Source: a virus. Taken from it: 64,000 nt of DNA. Under the pieces are notes generated by a model. The model was not told the DNA's origin, searched no databases, and saw only the letters and a list, made by a program, of their open reading frames with translations. Of the stretch, positions 55,456 through 64,000 are shown one piece after another (within the stretch, counting starts at the first letter, position 1; each line of letters opens with the position of its first letter). Position numbers and translations under genes: made by a program. The DNA is taken from IMG/VR virus record IMGVR_UViG_3300020229_000001, positions 1-64,000 of that record. The stretch is one strand, 5' to 3'.

Positions 55456-55718
55456 TTAATAATGTTTACAATCCGGCTGTTGGGTTCGAGAGCTATGAAC
55501 TCATGCTCTTGATTGGCTGGAAGATCAATAACTTTACCACACTCTACATCGTCTGTCCAGTTTCCTGCTGTGACTCGTATTTTGCCCTTAGCCACAATCG
55601 TGATGTGAGCAGTTGCGTCATCATGCCTGTGCATGGGAAGAACGTCCCCTACCTCAGGAAAATCGTAAATAGCCCCTTTTAATTTCCCAAACGCAATTGG
55701 GATTGAAGTCACTATCAT
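55452..55718 (-). CDS. Cupin-domain protein
   Basis: LPMHRH...HITIV.KG...HEF.ALE. Confidence 0.8.
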   Translation of the reverse strand: MIVTSIPIAFGKLKGAIYDFPEVGDVLPMHRHDDATAHITIVAKGKIRVTAGNWTDDVECGKVIDLPANQEHEFIALEPNSRIVNIIK

Positions 55719-55939
55719 ACCACCGTAGGAGTTGCATCAGTATTAACTGGAGGCTCAACAGGTGGTGCTGGTGGGATTTCAACAAATTGAGTGCCATCCC
55801 ATGTGTGCGTTGATGGAGACACTCCTGCGGGACAATTCACCCAAAAAAACTCAGGTTCCGTAACTGGAAACTGCGCCTCGGATGTTTGTAAAAAACAATA
55901 CGGTTGTTCTGCGTATATTGTGGAGATTAATGCGAACAT
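55715..55939 (-). CDS. Small fibre-associated (chaperone-like) protein
   Basis: FPV...FWVNCP.....WDG..F type gene after fibre. Confidence 0.55.
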   Translation of the reverse strand: MFALISTIYAEQPYCFLQTSEAQFPVTEPEFFWVNCPAGVSPSTHTWDGTQFVEIPPAPPVEPPVNTDATPTVV

Positions 55940-55944
55940 AATTT

Positions 55945-56985
55945 TTACCATTGAACGATAACTGCACCTTTACCCGCACCGCTGCCAGCCGCACCAACAG
56001 TCACAGAGTTTGAGTAAGTATTGCCTGACGTGACGGCAATCGTATAGGTTGCGTACCCACCTCCTCCACCATCACTCCCTGCACCGAACTGGGTGGTATC
56101 ACCAGAACCACCAAATCCAGCTCCTCTACCCGGGAGTGCTATAGGACTATTGGCAATAACGACCATACTTCCATATCCGCCTCCTCCAATACCACACCCC
56201 CCGCCAATATACCCTGATCCCGGGTAACACCCACCCCAAGAGCCATATCCATTACCCCCGCCGCCATACCCGCCGCTTGTACCAGTGCCATTTGTTTGGG
56301 AAACGGTGCCAGAGGATGATCCTGTACCTCCCGTACCAGCCCCCAACCCAACCCCAGCCACAGCAGCCACAGAACCACCGCTTCCTGTTCCGCCACCGCT
56401 AATCCCGCCACCCGCAGTTATTGTAGTTCCCCCGATGGAGCAAGTGGATGCGCCCCCGTTGGTAGACCCACCGCCACCGCCGATCACTGTTATCTGGACG
56501 CTTGTGACCCCAGTAGGGACAGTCCAAGATTGGTTTGCACCTACCGTATCAAAAATTTTGATCCCGCCGCCGCCGCCGCCGCCGCTTGCCGAGGAGTTAA
56601 TCGTGATTGCTCCAGCCCCATTGGTGATCGTTACGTTCGTTCCTGCCGTAATGGTAGCAAGAGTGTATCCAGTGGCGTTACCGATTGGGATCTGCCCATT
56701 AGCCGGTGTGGCAGTAAGGCCAGTGCCGCCTTTACCAACCGTCACGGTAGCAAGCGTTGCGGCAATCGTTCCACCTTGGGCTTCACTCGTAGCGGTCGCA
56801 GTAGATCCGGTAACGTCACCGGTCAATATGACGCGAGCGGGATCTTGCACCGCAGCAGACTCCGTTTTAACGTAAAGCCGTCCGGTGAATTTGTTTTCGG
56901 CAAGTTCACCAGCAACCAGTGCCGACGCAAGCGGCGCGGTGGCCGACCCAGCAGTTGAATTTGTTTTTGGAATAAGCGCGGCCAT
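55945..56985 (-). CDS. Glycine-rich fibre/receptor-binding protein
   Basis: N-terminal P..L..GELA.N...RLY.K domain; WTVPTGVTS..IT.IGGGGG and G.GAVIVQW gly-rich domain. Confidence 0.75.
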   Translation of the reverse strand: MAALIPKTNSTAGSATAPLASALVAGELAENKFTGRLYVKTESAAVQDPARVILTGDVTGSTATATSEAQGGTIAATLATVTVGKGGTGLTATPANGQIPIGNATGYTLATITAGTNVTITNGAGAITINSSASGGGGGGGIKIFDTVGANQSWTVPTGVTSVQITVIGGGGGSTNGGASTCSIGGTTITAGGGISGGGTGSGGSVAAVAGVGLGAGTGGTGSSSGTVSQTNGTGTSGGYGGGGNGYGSWGGCYPGSGYIGGGCGIGGGGYGSMVVIANSPIALPGRGAGFGGSGDTTQFGAGSDGGGGGYATYTIAVTSGNTYSNSVTVGAAGSGAGKGAVIVQW

Positions 56986-56987
56986 AA

Positions 56988-58202
56988 TTAGTAAGTCCCA
57001 AATGCGGTTTGAGTGAGTACGTTATCACGAACAGACACAGACGTTGTCAAATACAAAGTATTCCCGTCCCATTCTGCGGCGTTGGCTTGAGGAGAAGCCA
57101 TCAAAGTTGCAGGCGTTTGAAAATAAAACGGAGCTTGGTTGGCAGAAGCGCCATTTGCCCTAAATGTCTGCGGGCCTGTATATGTATTTGCCCCAAGGCT
57201 TTGAACTCCTGTCGCTCCATTATAACCTGTCCCGCCTTGATACCCGGTTGCCCCCAGCCCGGTAGCTCCCTGAAAACCCGTCGCGCCCAGCCCGGTCGCC
57301 CCTTGAAAACCCTGAGTCCCAATACCCGTGCTTCCTTGAAGGCCCGTCGCGCCCAGCCCAGTCGCTCCTTGAAAACCCTGAGTCCCAATACCCGTGCTTC
57401 CTTGAAGGCCCGTCGCGCCCAGCCCAGTCGCTCCTTGAAATCCAGCACCTGTACTGCCTTGGTATCCTGTCGCGCCCGGTGATCCAATTCCAGTAGCGCC
57501 CGTAGCCCCAGCGGGTCCGTTGGCTGGCCCTGTGGCCCCTTGATAACCCGTAGCGCCCTGAAATCCAGAGCCTGTACTTCCCTGCAATCCTACCCCAGTT
57601 GCGCCTTGATAACCAGTTGCACCGACTCCAGTTGCGCCAATTCCAGTGCTGCCGCGAAGCCCAGTACTGCCTTGATACCCCGTACTTCCGTCGTTGCCAG
57701 CAACTCCAATACCTGTGCTGCCCTGATACCCGGTGCTGCCTTGATAACCTGTTGCTCCAGCGCCAGTTGCGCCAATTCCTGTACTTCCTTGCAACCCTGT
57801 ACTGCCTTGATACCCGGTACTTCCGTTGTAACCAGTTGCGCCTGACCCAGTTGAGCCACGAAGCCCAACCCCGGTCGCCCCTTGGTAGCCTGTACTCCCC
57901 TGATACCCAGTCGCCCCGATGATGCTTGAAGCTTGAAGCGCCCTGATAAAGTAGCACATCAAGCCCTCGCCTTCATTTCGAGGAACCCCAAAAACTGTTG
58001 CGCTTTGAGTGGGATCGCAAGTAGTCCAGACCACCTTTCCGCTCACTACGGATTTTTGCACCGTCCCGTACAGTGCCTGCGTTAAATTTGAGATCAGGCT
58101 CGGGACAGATTCTGCCGATACGCTCGGGTATGGAACCTCCGGGGCGCAGGCGGCGTAGTATGCGGAATTTTGCCCAAATGGACTATTGCAATCGCAGCTC
58201 AT
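56988..58202 (-). CDS. Fibre with MSCDC anchor and interrupted collagen-like repeats
   Basis: N-terminus homologous to CDS 1..2265; GAT/GST/GYQ repeats; ends EWDGN.LYLT...FGTY. Confidence 0.8.
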   Translation of the reverse strand: MSCDCNSPFGQNSAYYAACAPEVPYPSVSAESVPSLISNLTQALYGTVQKSVVSGKVVWTTCDPTQSATVFGVPRNEGEGLMCYFIRALQASSIIGATGYQGSTGYQGATGVGLRGSTGSGATGYNGSTGYQGSTGLQGSTGIGATGAGATGYQGSTGYQGSTGIGVAGNDGSTGYQGSTGLRGSTGIGATGVGATGYQGATGVGLQGSTGSGFQGATGYQGATGPANGPAGATGATGIGSPGATGYQGSTGAGFQGATGLGATGLQGSTGIGTQGFQGATGLGATGLQGSTGIGTQGFQGATGLGATGFQGATGLGATGYQGGTGYNGATGVQSLGANTYTGPQTFRANGASANQAPFYFQTPATLMASPQANAAEWDGNTLYLTTSVSVRDNVLTQTAFGTY

Positions 58203-58203
58203 G

Positions 58204-58467
58204 TTAATGGTTCTCTCTTTGTTTAAGGGCAGAAACCGCAGTTATGGCGTCTTGCTCGCATGCAGCGTAACGAGCCGCAGAATGCCATGTCTCATTGCCC
58301 GCTGCTGTGTACGTCTGGCCCGGGGACAGCCTCAAGATTCCGCTGGGCGGAAACACTGAGTCCCGAGGAACTGAGGAAACGCTGGTGCAGGAGGTCTGCG
58401 CGACCGTCATCGCCAGCAGAGCGAGCCTTGAGGATTTGATTCTGAACGTCGTCACAATAATTTTCAA
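58204..58467 (-). CDS. Putative o-spanin-like lipoprotein (overlapping)
   Basis: [14 protein letters not shown] lipobox-like signal; overlaps the upstream ORF as in Rz/Rz1. Confidence 0.45.
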   Translation of the reverse strand: MKIIVTTFRIKSSRLALLAMTVAQTSCTSVSSVPRDSVFPPSGILRLSPGQTYTAAGNETWHSAARYAACEQDAITAVSALKQRENH

Positions 58468-58558
58468 TGTCTCGTTCCAGCTCCCATTTGGCCCGGACCG
58501 ATTTGATGTTTAGGAAAGCCTCAAGAGACTTTAGGATCGACAGGAGCAGCGGTAGCAT
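58292..58558 (-). CDS. Putative i-spanin-like protein
   Basis: Hydrophobic N-terminus then helical region; in lysis cassette. Confidence 0.45.
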   Translation of the reverse strand: MLPLLLSILKSLEAFLNIKSVRAKWELERDIENYCDDVQNQILKARSAGDDGRADLLHQRFLSSSGLSVSAQRNLEAVPGPDVHSSGQ

Positions 58559-58727
58559 TGGTCTTTTCCTTGCGAACGACGTTAATGACGCCCATTAGCG
58601 CCAACCCGGCAGAAATGATGGACTCCGCGAGGTCTGGGCGTAACTTAACTCCGAGACCAGTGATTAGAGAGATGACTCCACGCCAAGTGGATGGCTCGTT
58701 AAGTCGTTCAGTGATGTATTGAATCAT
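58521..58727 (-). CDS. Holin-like two-TM protein
   Basis: RL.EPSTW.G motif, two TM segments, basic tail. Confidence 0.7.
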   Translation of the reverse strand: MIQYITERLNEPSTWRGVISLITGLGVKLRPDLAESIISAGLALMGVINVVRKEKTNATAAPVDPKVS

Positions 58728-59245
58728 ACAATTATGGTTTTTTTGAGGTCAGAAACTCGGTTTAGCCATCCGTTTTTGGCGTAGTTATATTCAGGCTTTG
58801 CCTTGCAAAGCGCAACGTAGAACTGTTCTTTCTTTTGGCAGTATGCTAATGCCACCTCTGTGGGCGTTTTGAGCGTGCAGGCCGTAATTGCAGCTCCAAT
58901 GGTAGCAGGACCAATGATGCCGTCATCTTTGGCTCCTACGGTGCGTTGGAGCAGTAAAACACCTTGATGCACCCCGGAATTAACGCAGGCGTCAAAATAT
59001 GCAAGCGACAATGGCCAAGGTAGCTTGTCGGCCTTGCAGTCGAGCCATTCCTGCCAGTAAATTGCGGTCGCCATCTCCTCGTTGAGGTTTTCCACGTCCA
59101 CCCCCTTATGGCTACGGGCATCAATCCCGTATTTCGTGAGGCCACCCGGGTCCCGGGGGTCATGCTCACTGAGCACCTTGCCACGAGACATCACGTTCTC
59201 GTGTTCAAAGATGAACTTCATGGCATTTTTAAAATCATTTGTCAT
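58724..59245 (-). CDS. Endolysin, GH108-like (copy 2)
   Basis: EHE...DPRDPGGLTKYGI, FDACVNSG, LQRTVG..DDGIIGP.T, GWLNR. Confidence 0.85.
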   Translation of the reverse strand: MTNDFKNAMKFIFEHENVMSRGKVLSEHDPRDPGGLTKYGIDARSHKGVDVENLNEEMATAIYWQEWLDCKADKLPWPLSLAYFDACVNSGVHQGVLLLQRTVGAKDDGIIGPATIGAAITACTLKTPTEVALAYCQKKEQFYVALCKAKPEYNYAKNGWLNRVSDLKKTIIV

Positions 59246-59481
59246 TGTGCGCTCCTTCCAAGAACTTTTGCCCATAACTCTTTGCGGTCTCGCTCGCACT
59301 CAAGAATTGCTTCTTTAAGGTCGTTAATTTGATCGCCGAGAGCCTTCATATGCTGATTTCGCTCTTCGTTTAGCCTTGTGATTAACCCTTTATTCATTTG
59401 CTGGATAAAGCCAATCGCGACGCAGGCCATTAAAAACGGAAGCCCTTGGTTTTTTGACGCTTCTATGAGTAATTCGTTCAT
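59242..59481 (-). CDS. Single-TM coiled-coil protein (holin/antiholin-like)
   Basis: TM segment then coiled coil with ECERDR..LW; directly upstream of endolysin. Confidence 0.55.
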   Translation of the reverse strand: MNELLIEASKNQGLPFLMACVAIGFIQQMNKGLITRLNEERNQHMKALGDQINDLKEAILECERDRKELWAKVLGRSAQ

Positions 59482-59483
59482 AA

Positions 59484-62400
59484 TTAATACGTTCCGAATG
59501 ATGCTGCTGTTAAAATTGCGTCTCTGTTGGCTATAGTAAACGAAGTGGCAGTTGCTGCTGCGTTTGTTGGGTTAGCTCCAACAGTAAACGTCGTGAGGCT
59601 GTTGATTGCAGTCACATACAATTGTGCCGCCCCAGTGATCCCAGACGCAATTGCCGCCCCGACAACGAGGCCAGACGTTGTCCCAGTTGTTAGCGTAATA
59701 AGCGCACTTCCCGTTGTCCAAGTGCCAGCCAATGAGACAAGTGCCGTCAGGTATTCAGTGTTTCCATCCCATTCTACGGAATGCACTACTGGCGTTGTTT
59801 GAACTACCCCAGCTTGAAACTTTGTTGGGGCACTCGTAAGCGTTCCTGCTGCAAAATTTTGCGTTGAACTTGCGGTAAAAGTATTACTTGCTAAAACTGC
59901 GTTAGTGTTTCCCCTTGAAGCAACAAGGCTAACGGTTAACGAGTCAACGCCAATTTGCGTTCCAGTTGCGCCTGCCACTAAACTCACTGTCAAAATAGCC
60001 CCTTGGTTGCCTGTACCAGAGGTAATTGTGACTAAAAGAGGCGCAGTTATATTTCCTGTAAACCAGCTTGGACGAACAAGAGAAACTCCAGTGCCAATGC
60101 TACTTACAACCCAAGGACCACTTTGCGCCAACGCCGTTTGACTCAAAAAAACAGTATCTCCAGTTGCAAGGGTTTTACCATCAACTGTCAAAAGAGATGC
60201 CGTAACAAGCGTTGTAGGCGTTGAGTTGTAAAGTATTAGAGCCCCAGATCCAGTTGCCCCAGCACCACTGCTCATCGTGATCTGCGTCGCGCTATCAACT
60301 GTTTTAATAACGCCCGCAGCCACCCCCAAATTGATGCTCATCCCAACAACCGGAGTTATTGAGGAGGTTGCAAAAGTAATAACACCAGAGTTTTGAGTCC
60401 AACTTGCTCCTGCAATCGTTCCGGCAGTTGCGGGAATTACGTTTGACGTTTGCCTGACTGTAACTAATTGCGGCCCTCCAACAACGGCCCTTGCGTCTCC
60501 TGCGGTTGTAGAAGCAGTCCCACCATTTGCAATCGAAACAGGCGTTGCAATTGCTGGACCTGTAGCTCCAGTGGCTCCTAGCGTGCCAATTCCTGTGGCC
60601 CCGGTAGCTCCGACAGACCCAATCCCGGTTGCTCCAGTCGCTCCAATACTTCCAATACCCGTAGCTCCCGTAGCCCCAGCGGACCCAATGCCCGTGGCCC
60701 CCGTGGCCCCGATTGTGCCGATCCCTGTGGCCCCAGTCGCGCCAATGCTTCCAATTCCCGTTGCGCCCGTCGCGCCTTGCGTTCCAATTCCCGTGGCTCC
60801 TTGAATACCAATGCCCGTAGCTCCCGTTGACCCCTGTGTGCCAACGCCTGTGGCTCCTTGGAACCCTGTAGCGCCCAACCCTGTAGCACCTTGAAGTCCT
60901 TGCGTTCCGACTCCTGTGCTTCCCTGAGTTCCGACCCCCGTGCTCCCCTGAAAGCCCGTCGCACCAAGCCCGGTTGCCCCTTGCAAACCTTGAGTTCCAA
61001 GCCCGGTTGCTCCTTGCAATCCCTGAGTGCCGACGCCAGTAGAACCCTGATAACCAGTGGCCCCCAATCCAGTTGCTCCTTGTAAACCTTGAGTTCCAAG
61101 ACCCGTCGCCCCTTGTAAGCCTTGAGTTCCAAGACCCGTCGCCCCCGTCGCCCCAATGGCTCCGATGCCAGTAGCCCCAGTAGATCCAATATTTCCAATC
61201 CCGGTTGCTCCTTGCGTCCCGATGCCTGTAGCCCCCGTGGACCCCTGAGTTCCGATCCCGGTTGCGCCCTGATAACCAGTTGCGCCCTGCCCGGTTGCGC
61301 CCTGTACCCCGGTAGACCCAATGCCAGTCGCCCCTTGTAGTCCTTGTGATCCTATGCCTGTGCTGCCTTGATAACCAGTTGCGCCAACGCCAGTTGCACC
61401 TTGGGACCCAATTCCTGTCGCTCCCTGATACCCAGTGCTTCCTTGATAACCCGTTGATCCAATTCCAGTTGCGCCTTGATAGCCCGTGCTTCCCTGTAAT
61501 CCAGACGTAACAATAGCCCAAATCAACTGATGGTTATTGGCAAAATTCGTTGTACCGCTGCCGCCAGAAGTTTGAAGCGTTACAGGAATTACAATGTAAG
61601 AATTGTCGCCAATTGTGGGAGTGCCATTAATTTTCCAACTTTGATAATTATCGGAATTGTTTTGATCTTGAATAACAAACGTGTCCCCATTTTTATAAAG
61701 CGGGAAAAATACATCAATGTCATTTCCATTGCCGTCAATGTGCGAGAATGCAATATTTGCGGAAAGTCGCTGTGTAGCGTTGTCCCATAAAATGTGCCCA
61801 TTGGTAATTGGCCCAGTAGGAGGCAGAACTTGAGTAGACGTGTCCGCTTGGTAATTAAAGAATGAGGCCGACTGCCCGTTTGCCCCCGTCAACCCGGTCG
61901 CGCCCTGATACCCGGTACTCCCAATCCCAGTCGCCCCTTGATTTCCTACACCAGTGCTGCCCTGATACCCGGTGCTGCCCTGATCCCCGGTTGATCCGAT
62001 TCCAGTAGCCCCTTGATATCCAGTTGAGCCAATCCCAGTGCTACCTTGATACCCGGTCGAGCCGATGCCAGTTGCCCCCTGTAACCCTTGAGATCCAATC
62101 CCGGTGCTGCCCTGATAACCAGTGGCTCCGATGCCCGTAGCTCCCGTGTCTCCTTGAGTTCCGACCCCGGTTGCGCCCTGCGTTCCAACGCCCGTACTGC
62201 CTTGCAATCCAGTTGCGCCGACGCCTGTAGCCCCTTGAATTCCAACGCCAGTACTGCCCTGCAATCCCTGAGTGCCAACGCCAGTGGCCCCTTGGAACCC
62301 CGTTGCGCCCAACCCCGTTGCGCCCTGAGATCCCTGCGTGCCGATGCCAGTCGCACCCTGCAAGCCCTGAGTGCCGATTCCAGTAGAACCCTGAAATCCC

Positions 62401-63401
62401 GTCGCACCAAGACCAGTTGCGCCCTGAATGCCCTGAGTTCCAACCCCCGTTGCCCCCTGCAAGCCAACTCCTGTTGCCCCTTGCGTGCCGATACCCGTGG
62501 CTCCGACGATTCCGATGCCTGTCGCGCCCTGCAATCCAATCCCGGTGCTGCCCTGATAACCCGTGGCTCCGACGCCCGTGGCTCCCGTGTCTCCTTGAGC
62601 GCCTTGCGTGCCGACTCCTGTGCTACCCTGATACCCGGTCGAGCCGATGCCCGTGGCTCCCGTGTCTCCTTGAGCGCCAATCCCAGTGCTACCTTGATAA
62701 CCCGTGGCTCCGACGCCTGTAGCTCCTTGAACCCCTTGCGTGCCGACTCCTGTGCTCCCTTGAGTTCCAACCCCCGTGCTCCCCTGAAAGCCCGTCGCAC
62801 CAACCCCGGTAGCGCCTTGCAAGCCCGTGCTGCCTTGATTTCCAACTCCTGTTGCCCCCTGAAGACCAACACCAGTGCTGCCTTGATAACCCGTGGCTCC
62901 GACAGTTCCGATGCCTGTCGCGCCCTGCAATCCGATGCCTGTGCTGCCTTGATATCCAGTTGCCCCGGCCAAACCAGCCCCTGTTGAACCTTGAGTTCCA
63001 ACCCCGGTTGCCCCCTGCGTGCCGATACCCGTACTGCCCTGATAGCCCGTGGCTCCAACGGTTCCGATGCCCGTGCTGCCTTGAGTTCCAACCCCGGTTG
63101 CCCCTTGGAAGCCAACACCAGTGCTGCCCTGATAGCCTGTAGCCCCGAACCCCGTAGCCCCAACCAATCCAGCTCCTGTTGAACCCTGATACCCGGTCGC
63201 CCCCTGATACCCGGTCGCGCCGATACCGCTGCCGCCACCCCCGCCATGAGTAGCAATGTATTCCAGCAACGACAGGACGTATTGCCTGTAAACCGCTGTA
63301 GACAAATTGCTGTGAATGCCCACAATTCCAGATGCTCCGGCAATCTGCTGGAGCAAAGTGAGTGCGTATTGCTGAAAAACTGCGGTAGACAAATTAGACA
63401 T
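59484..63401 (-). CDS. 1305-aa collagen-like fibre (possibly head fibre)
   Basis: Two long GAT/GST/GxQ tracts around a globular insert; duplicated N-terminal SNLSTAV.xQY.L.LL helix; ends FGTY; directly after the capsid gene. Confidence 0.8.
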   Translation of the reverse strand: MSNLSTAVFQQYALTLLQQIAGASGIVGIHSNLSTAVYRQYVLSLLEYIATHGGGGGSGIGATGYQGATGYQGSTGAGLVGATGFGATGYQGSTGVGFQGATGVGTQGSTGIGTVGATGYQGSTGIGTQGATGVGTQGSTGAGLAGATGYQGSTGIGLQGATGIGTVGATGYQGSTGVGLQGATGVGNQGSTGLQGATGVGATGFQGSTGVGTQGSTGVGTQGVQGATGVGATGYQGSTGIGAQGDTGATGIGSTGYQGSTGVGTQGAQGDTGATGVGATGYQGSTGIGLQGATGIGIVGATGIGTQGATGVGLQGATGVGTQGIQGATGLGATGFQGSTGIGTQGLQGATGIGTQGSQGATGLGATGFQGATGVGTQGLQGSTGVGIQGATGVGATGLQGSTGVGTQGATGVGTQGDTGATGIGATGYQGSTGIGSQGLQGATGIGSTGYQGSTGIGSTGYQGATGIGSTGDQGSTGYQGSTGVGNQGATGIGSTGYQGATGLTGANGQSASFFNYQADTSTQVLPPTGPITNGHILWDNATQRLSANIAFSHIDGNGNDIDVFFPLYKNGDTFVIQDQNNSDNYQSWKINGTPTIGDNSYIVIPVTLQTSGGSGTTNFANNHQLIWAIVTSGLQGSTGYQGATGIGSTGYQGSTGYQGATGIGSQGATGVGATGYQGSTGIGSQGLQGATGIGSTGVQGATGQGATGYQGATGIGTQGSTGATGIGTQGATGIGNIGSTGATGIGAIGATGATGLGTQGLQGATGLGTQGLQGATGLGATGYQGSTGVGTQGLQGATGLGTQGLQGATGLGATGFQGSTGVGTQGSTGVGTQGLQGATGLGATGFQGATGVGTQGSTGATGIGIQGATGIGTQGATGATGIGSIGATGATGIGTIGATGATGIGSAGATGATGIGSIGATGATGIGSVGATGATGIGTLGATGATGPAIATPVSIANGGTASTTAGDARAVVGGPQLVTVRQTSNVIPATAGTIAGASWTQNSGVITFATSSITPVVGMSINLGVAAGVIKTVDSATQITMSSGAGATGSGALILYNSTPTTLVTASLLTVDGKTLATGDTVFLSQTALAQSGPWVVSSIGTGVSLVRPSWFTGNITAPLLVTITSGTGNQGAILTVSLVAGATGTQIGVDSLTVSLVASRGNTNAVLASNTFTASSTQNFAAGTLTSAPTKFQAGVVQTTPVVHSVEWDGNTEYLTALVSLAGTWTTGSALITLTTGTTSGLVVGAAIASGITGAAQLYVTAINSLTTFTVGANPTNAAATATSFTIANRDAILTAASFGTY

Positions 63402-63420
63402 AACCTTGCGTAAGCTAATC

Positions 63421-63452
63421 AGAAGGGGCTGGCAATCTAACCAACCCCCTCT
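63421..63452 (-). terminator. Hairpin after capsid gene copy 2
   Basis: AGAGGGGGUUGG-loop-CCAGCCCCUUCU. Confidence 0.55.
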
Positions 63453-63471
63453 TCATTAACTCACGTTAAGA

Positions 63472-64000
63472 TTAAAGCCCAGTTGCTGCTGTGCTGCAAG
63501 GCAACGGCTGACCGTCAAACGGGCAACGCTTGTACAGAATTGGCATGACATTTTGCGGACGAATTGGCTGAATTGCACGGCTGATTTGGTAGATGTGCTG
63601 ACCAAAGTCGCCGTACAAGTTACAGTCATTGTCGCGGAAGTAAGTCCATTCCAGTTCGCCCATTGCAAGCTGCGGGGCAAATTTAAACGTGCCTTCTCCA
63701 GCGTAATTTTCTGGAACCAAACGCTTGAATGCGTCTCCTGCAACAACAAAGCCTACTTCGTAAGGAGCAGAGACCCAATCAGGGTTCCGGCGCTGGGCAA
63801 ACCCGTTCGTGACAGCAGTGCTGATGATAGGATTTACAAGCACCAGATTGCCGTTGGAATCAAACCCCGTGGATCGAAGCGGTTGCTGGTCAATCCCGAA
63901 CGCAAAGCCACGATAGCCTTGGAACTGGTATCCAGAAATCGAGTCTTCACCGAGTTTGAAGCTGCCAGCGGTTAGGTAGAGCAAGTCTTCCTTCACGTCA
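63472..64000 (-). CDS. Major capsid protein (copy 2, 5' part outside window)
   Basis: 21 substitutions and one 3-aa indel versus the last ~171 aa of 3344..4549. Confidence 0.8.
   Translation of the reverse strand, partial: DVKEDLLYLTAGSFKLGEDSISGYQFQGYRGFAFGIDQQPLRSTGFDSNGNLVLVNPIISTAVTNGFAQRRNPDWVSAPYEVGFVVAGDAFKRLVPENYAGEGTFKFAPQLAMGELEWTYFRDNDCNLYGDFGQHIYQISRAIQPIRPQNVMPILYKRCPFDGQPLPCSTAATGL

Noticed and set aside
55945-63401. Diversity-generating retroelement acting on fibres
   Set aside because: No reverse transcriptase and no TR/VR pair differing only at adenines; the repeats are coding collagen-like units.
1-64000. Prophage in host chromosome, or alternative genetic code
   Set aside because: No integrase, att-like site or host genes were seen; genes are long and tightly packed under the standard code.

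Overview
The window is bacteriophage DNA: a podovirus-like tailed phage with a lambdoid-type replication module and, so far as I can see, no integrase and no DNA polymerase. Essentially all protein genes lie on the minus strand. In transcription order (right to left) it reads: major capsid gene fragment, collagen-like fibre, lysis cassette, fibres, glycosyl/methyltransferase cassette, adaptor/nozzle, ejection proteins, 3468-aa polyvalent protein, PurD-like ATP-grasp ligase with a peptidase-like/Erv1-like fusion, small early genes, recombination/replication genes, terminase, a plus-strand tRNA/structured-RNA locus, portal, scaffold, then a second major capsid gene with a different lysis cassette and fibre. 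The two capsid copies are about 60.1 kb apart and about 87% identical in protein. The window therefore probably holds one whole ~60-kb genome flanked by DNA of a related phage (cointegrate or assembly chimera). Best candidates for new biology: (i) three adjacent virion proteins sharing a 14-residue C-terminal tag ending F-G-G-X, upstream of a glycine-ligase-like ATP-grasp enzyme and a peptidase-like protein; (ii) an Erv1/Alr-like sulfhydryl oxidase domain in a phage with Cys-rich virion proteins; (iii) a giant polyvalent protein whose enzyme modules are delimited by repeated RF[MI]P motifs; (iv) a circularly permuted Cas4/AddB-like nuclease; (v) structured RNAs around the tRNAs and in the capsid leader. 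All family assignments are by eye from motifs and synteny; no searches were run.
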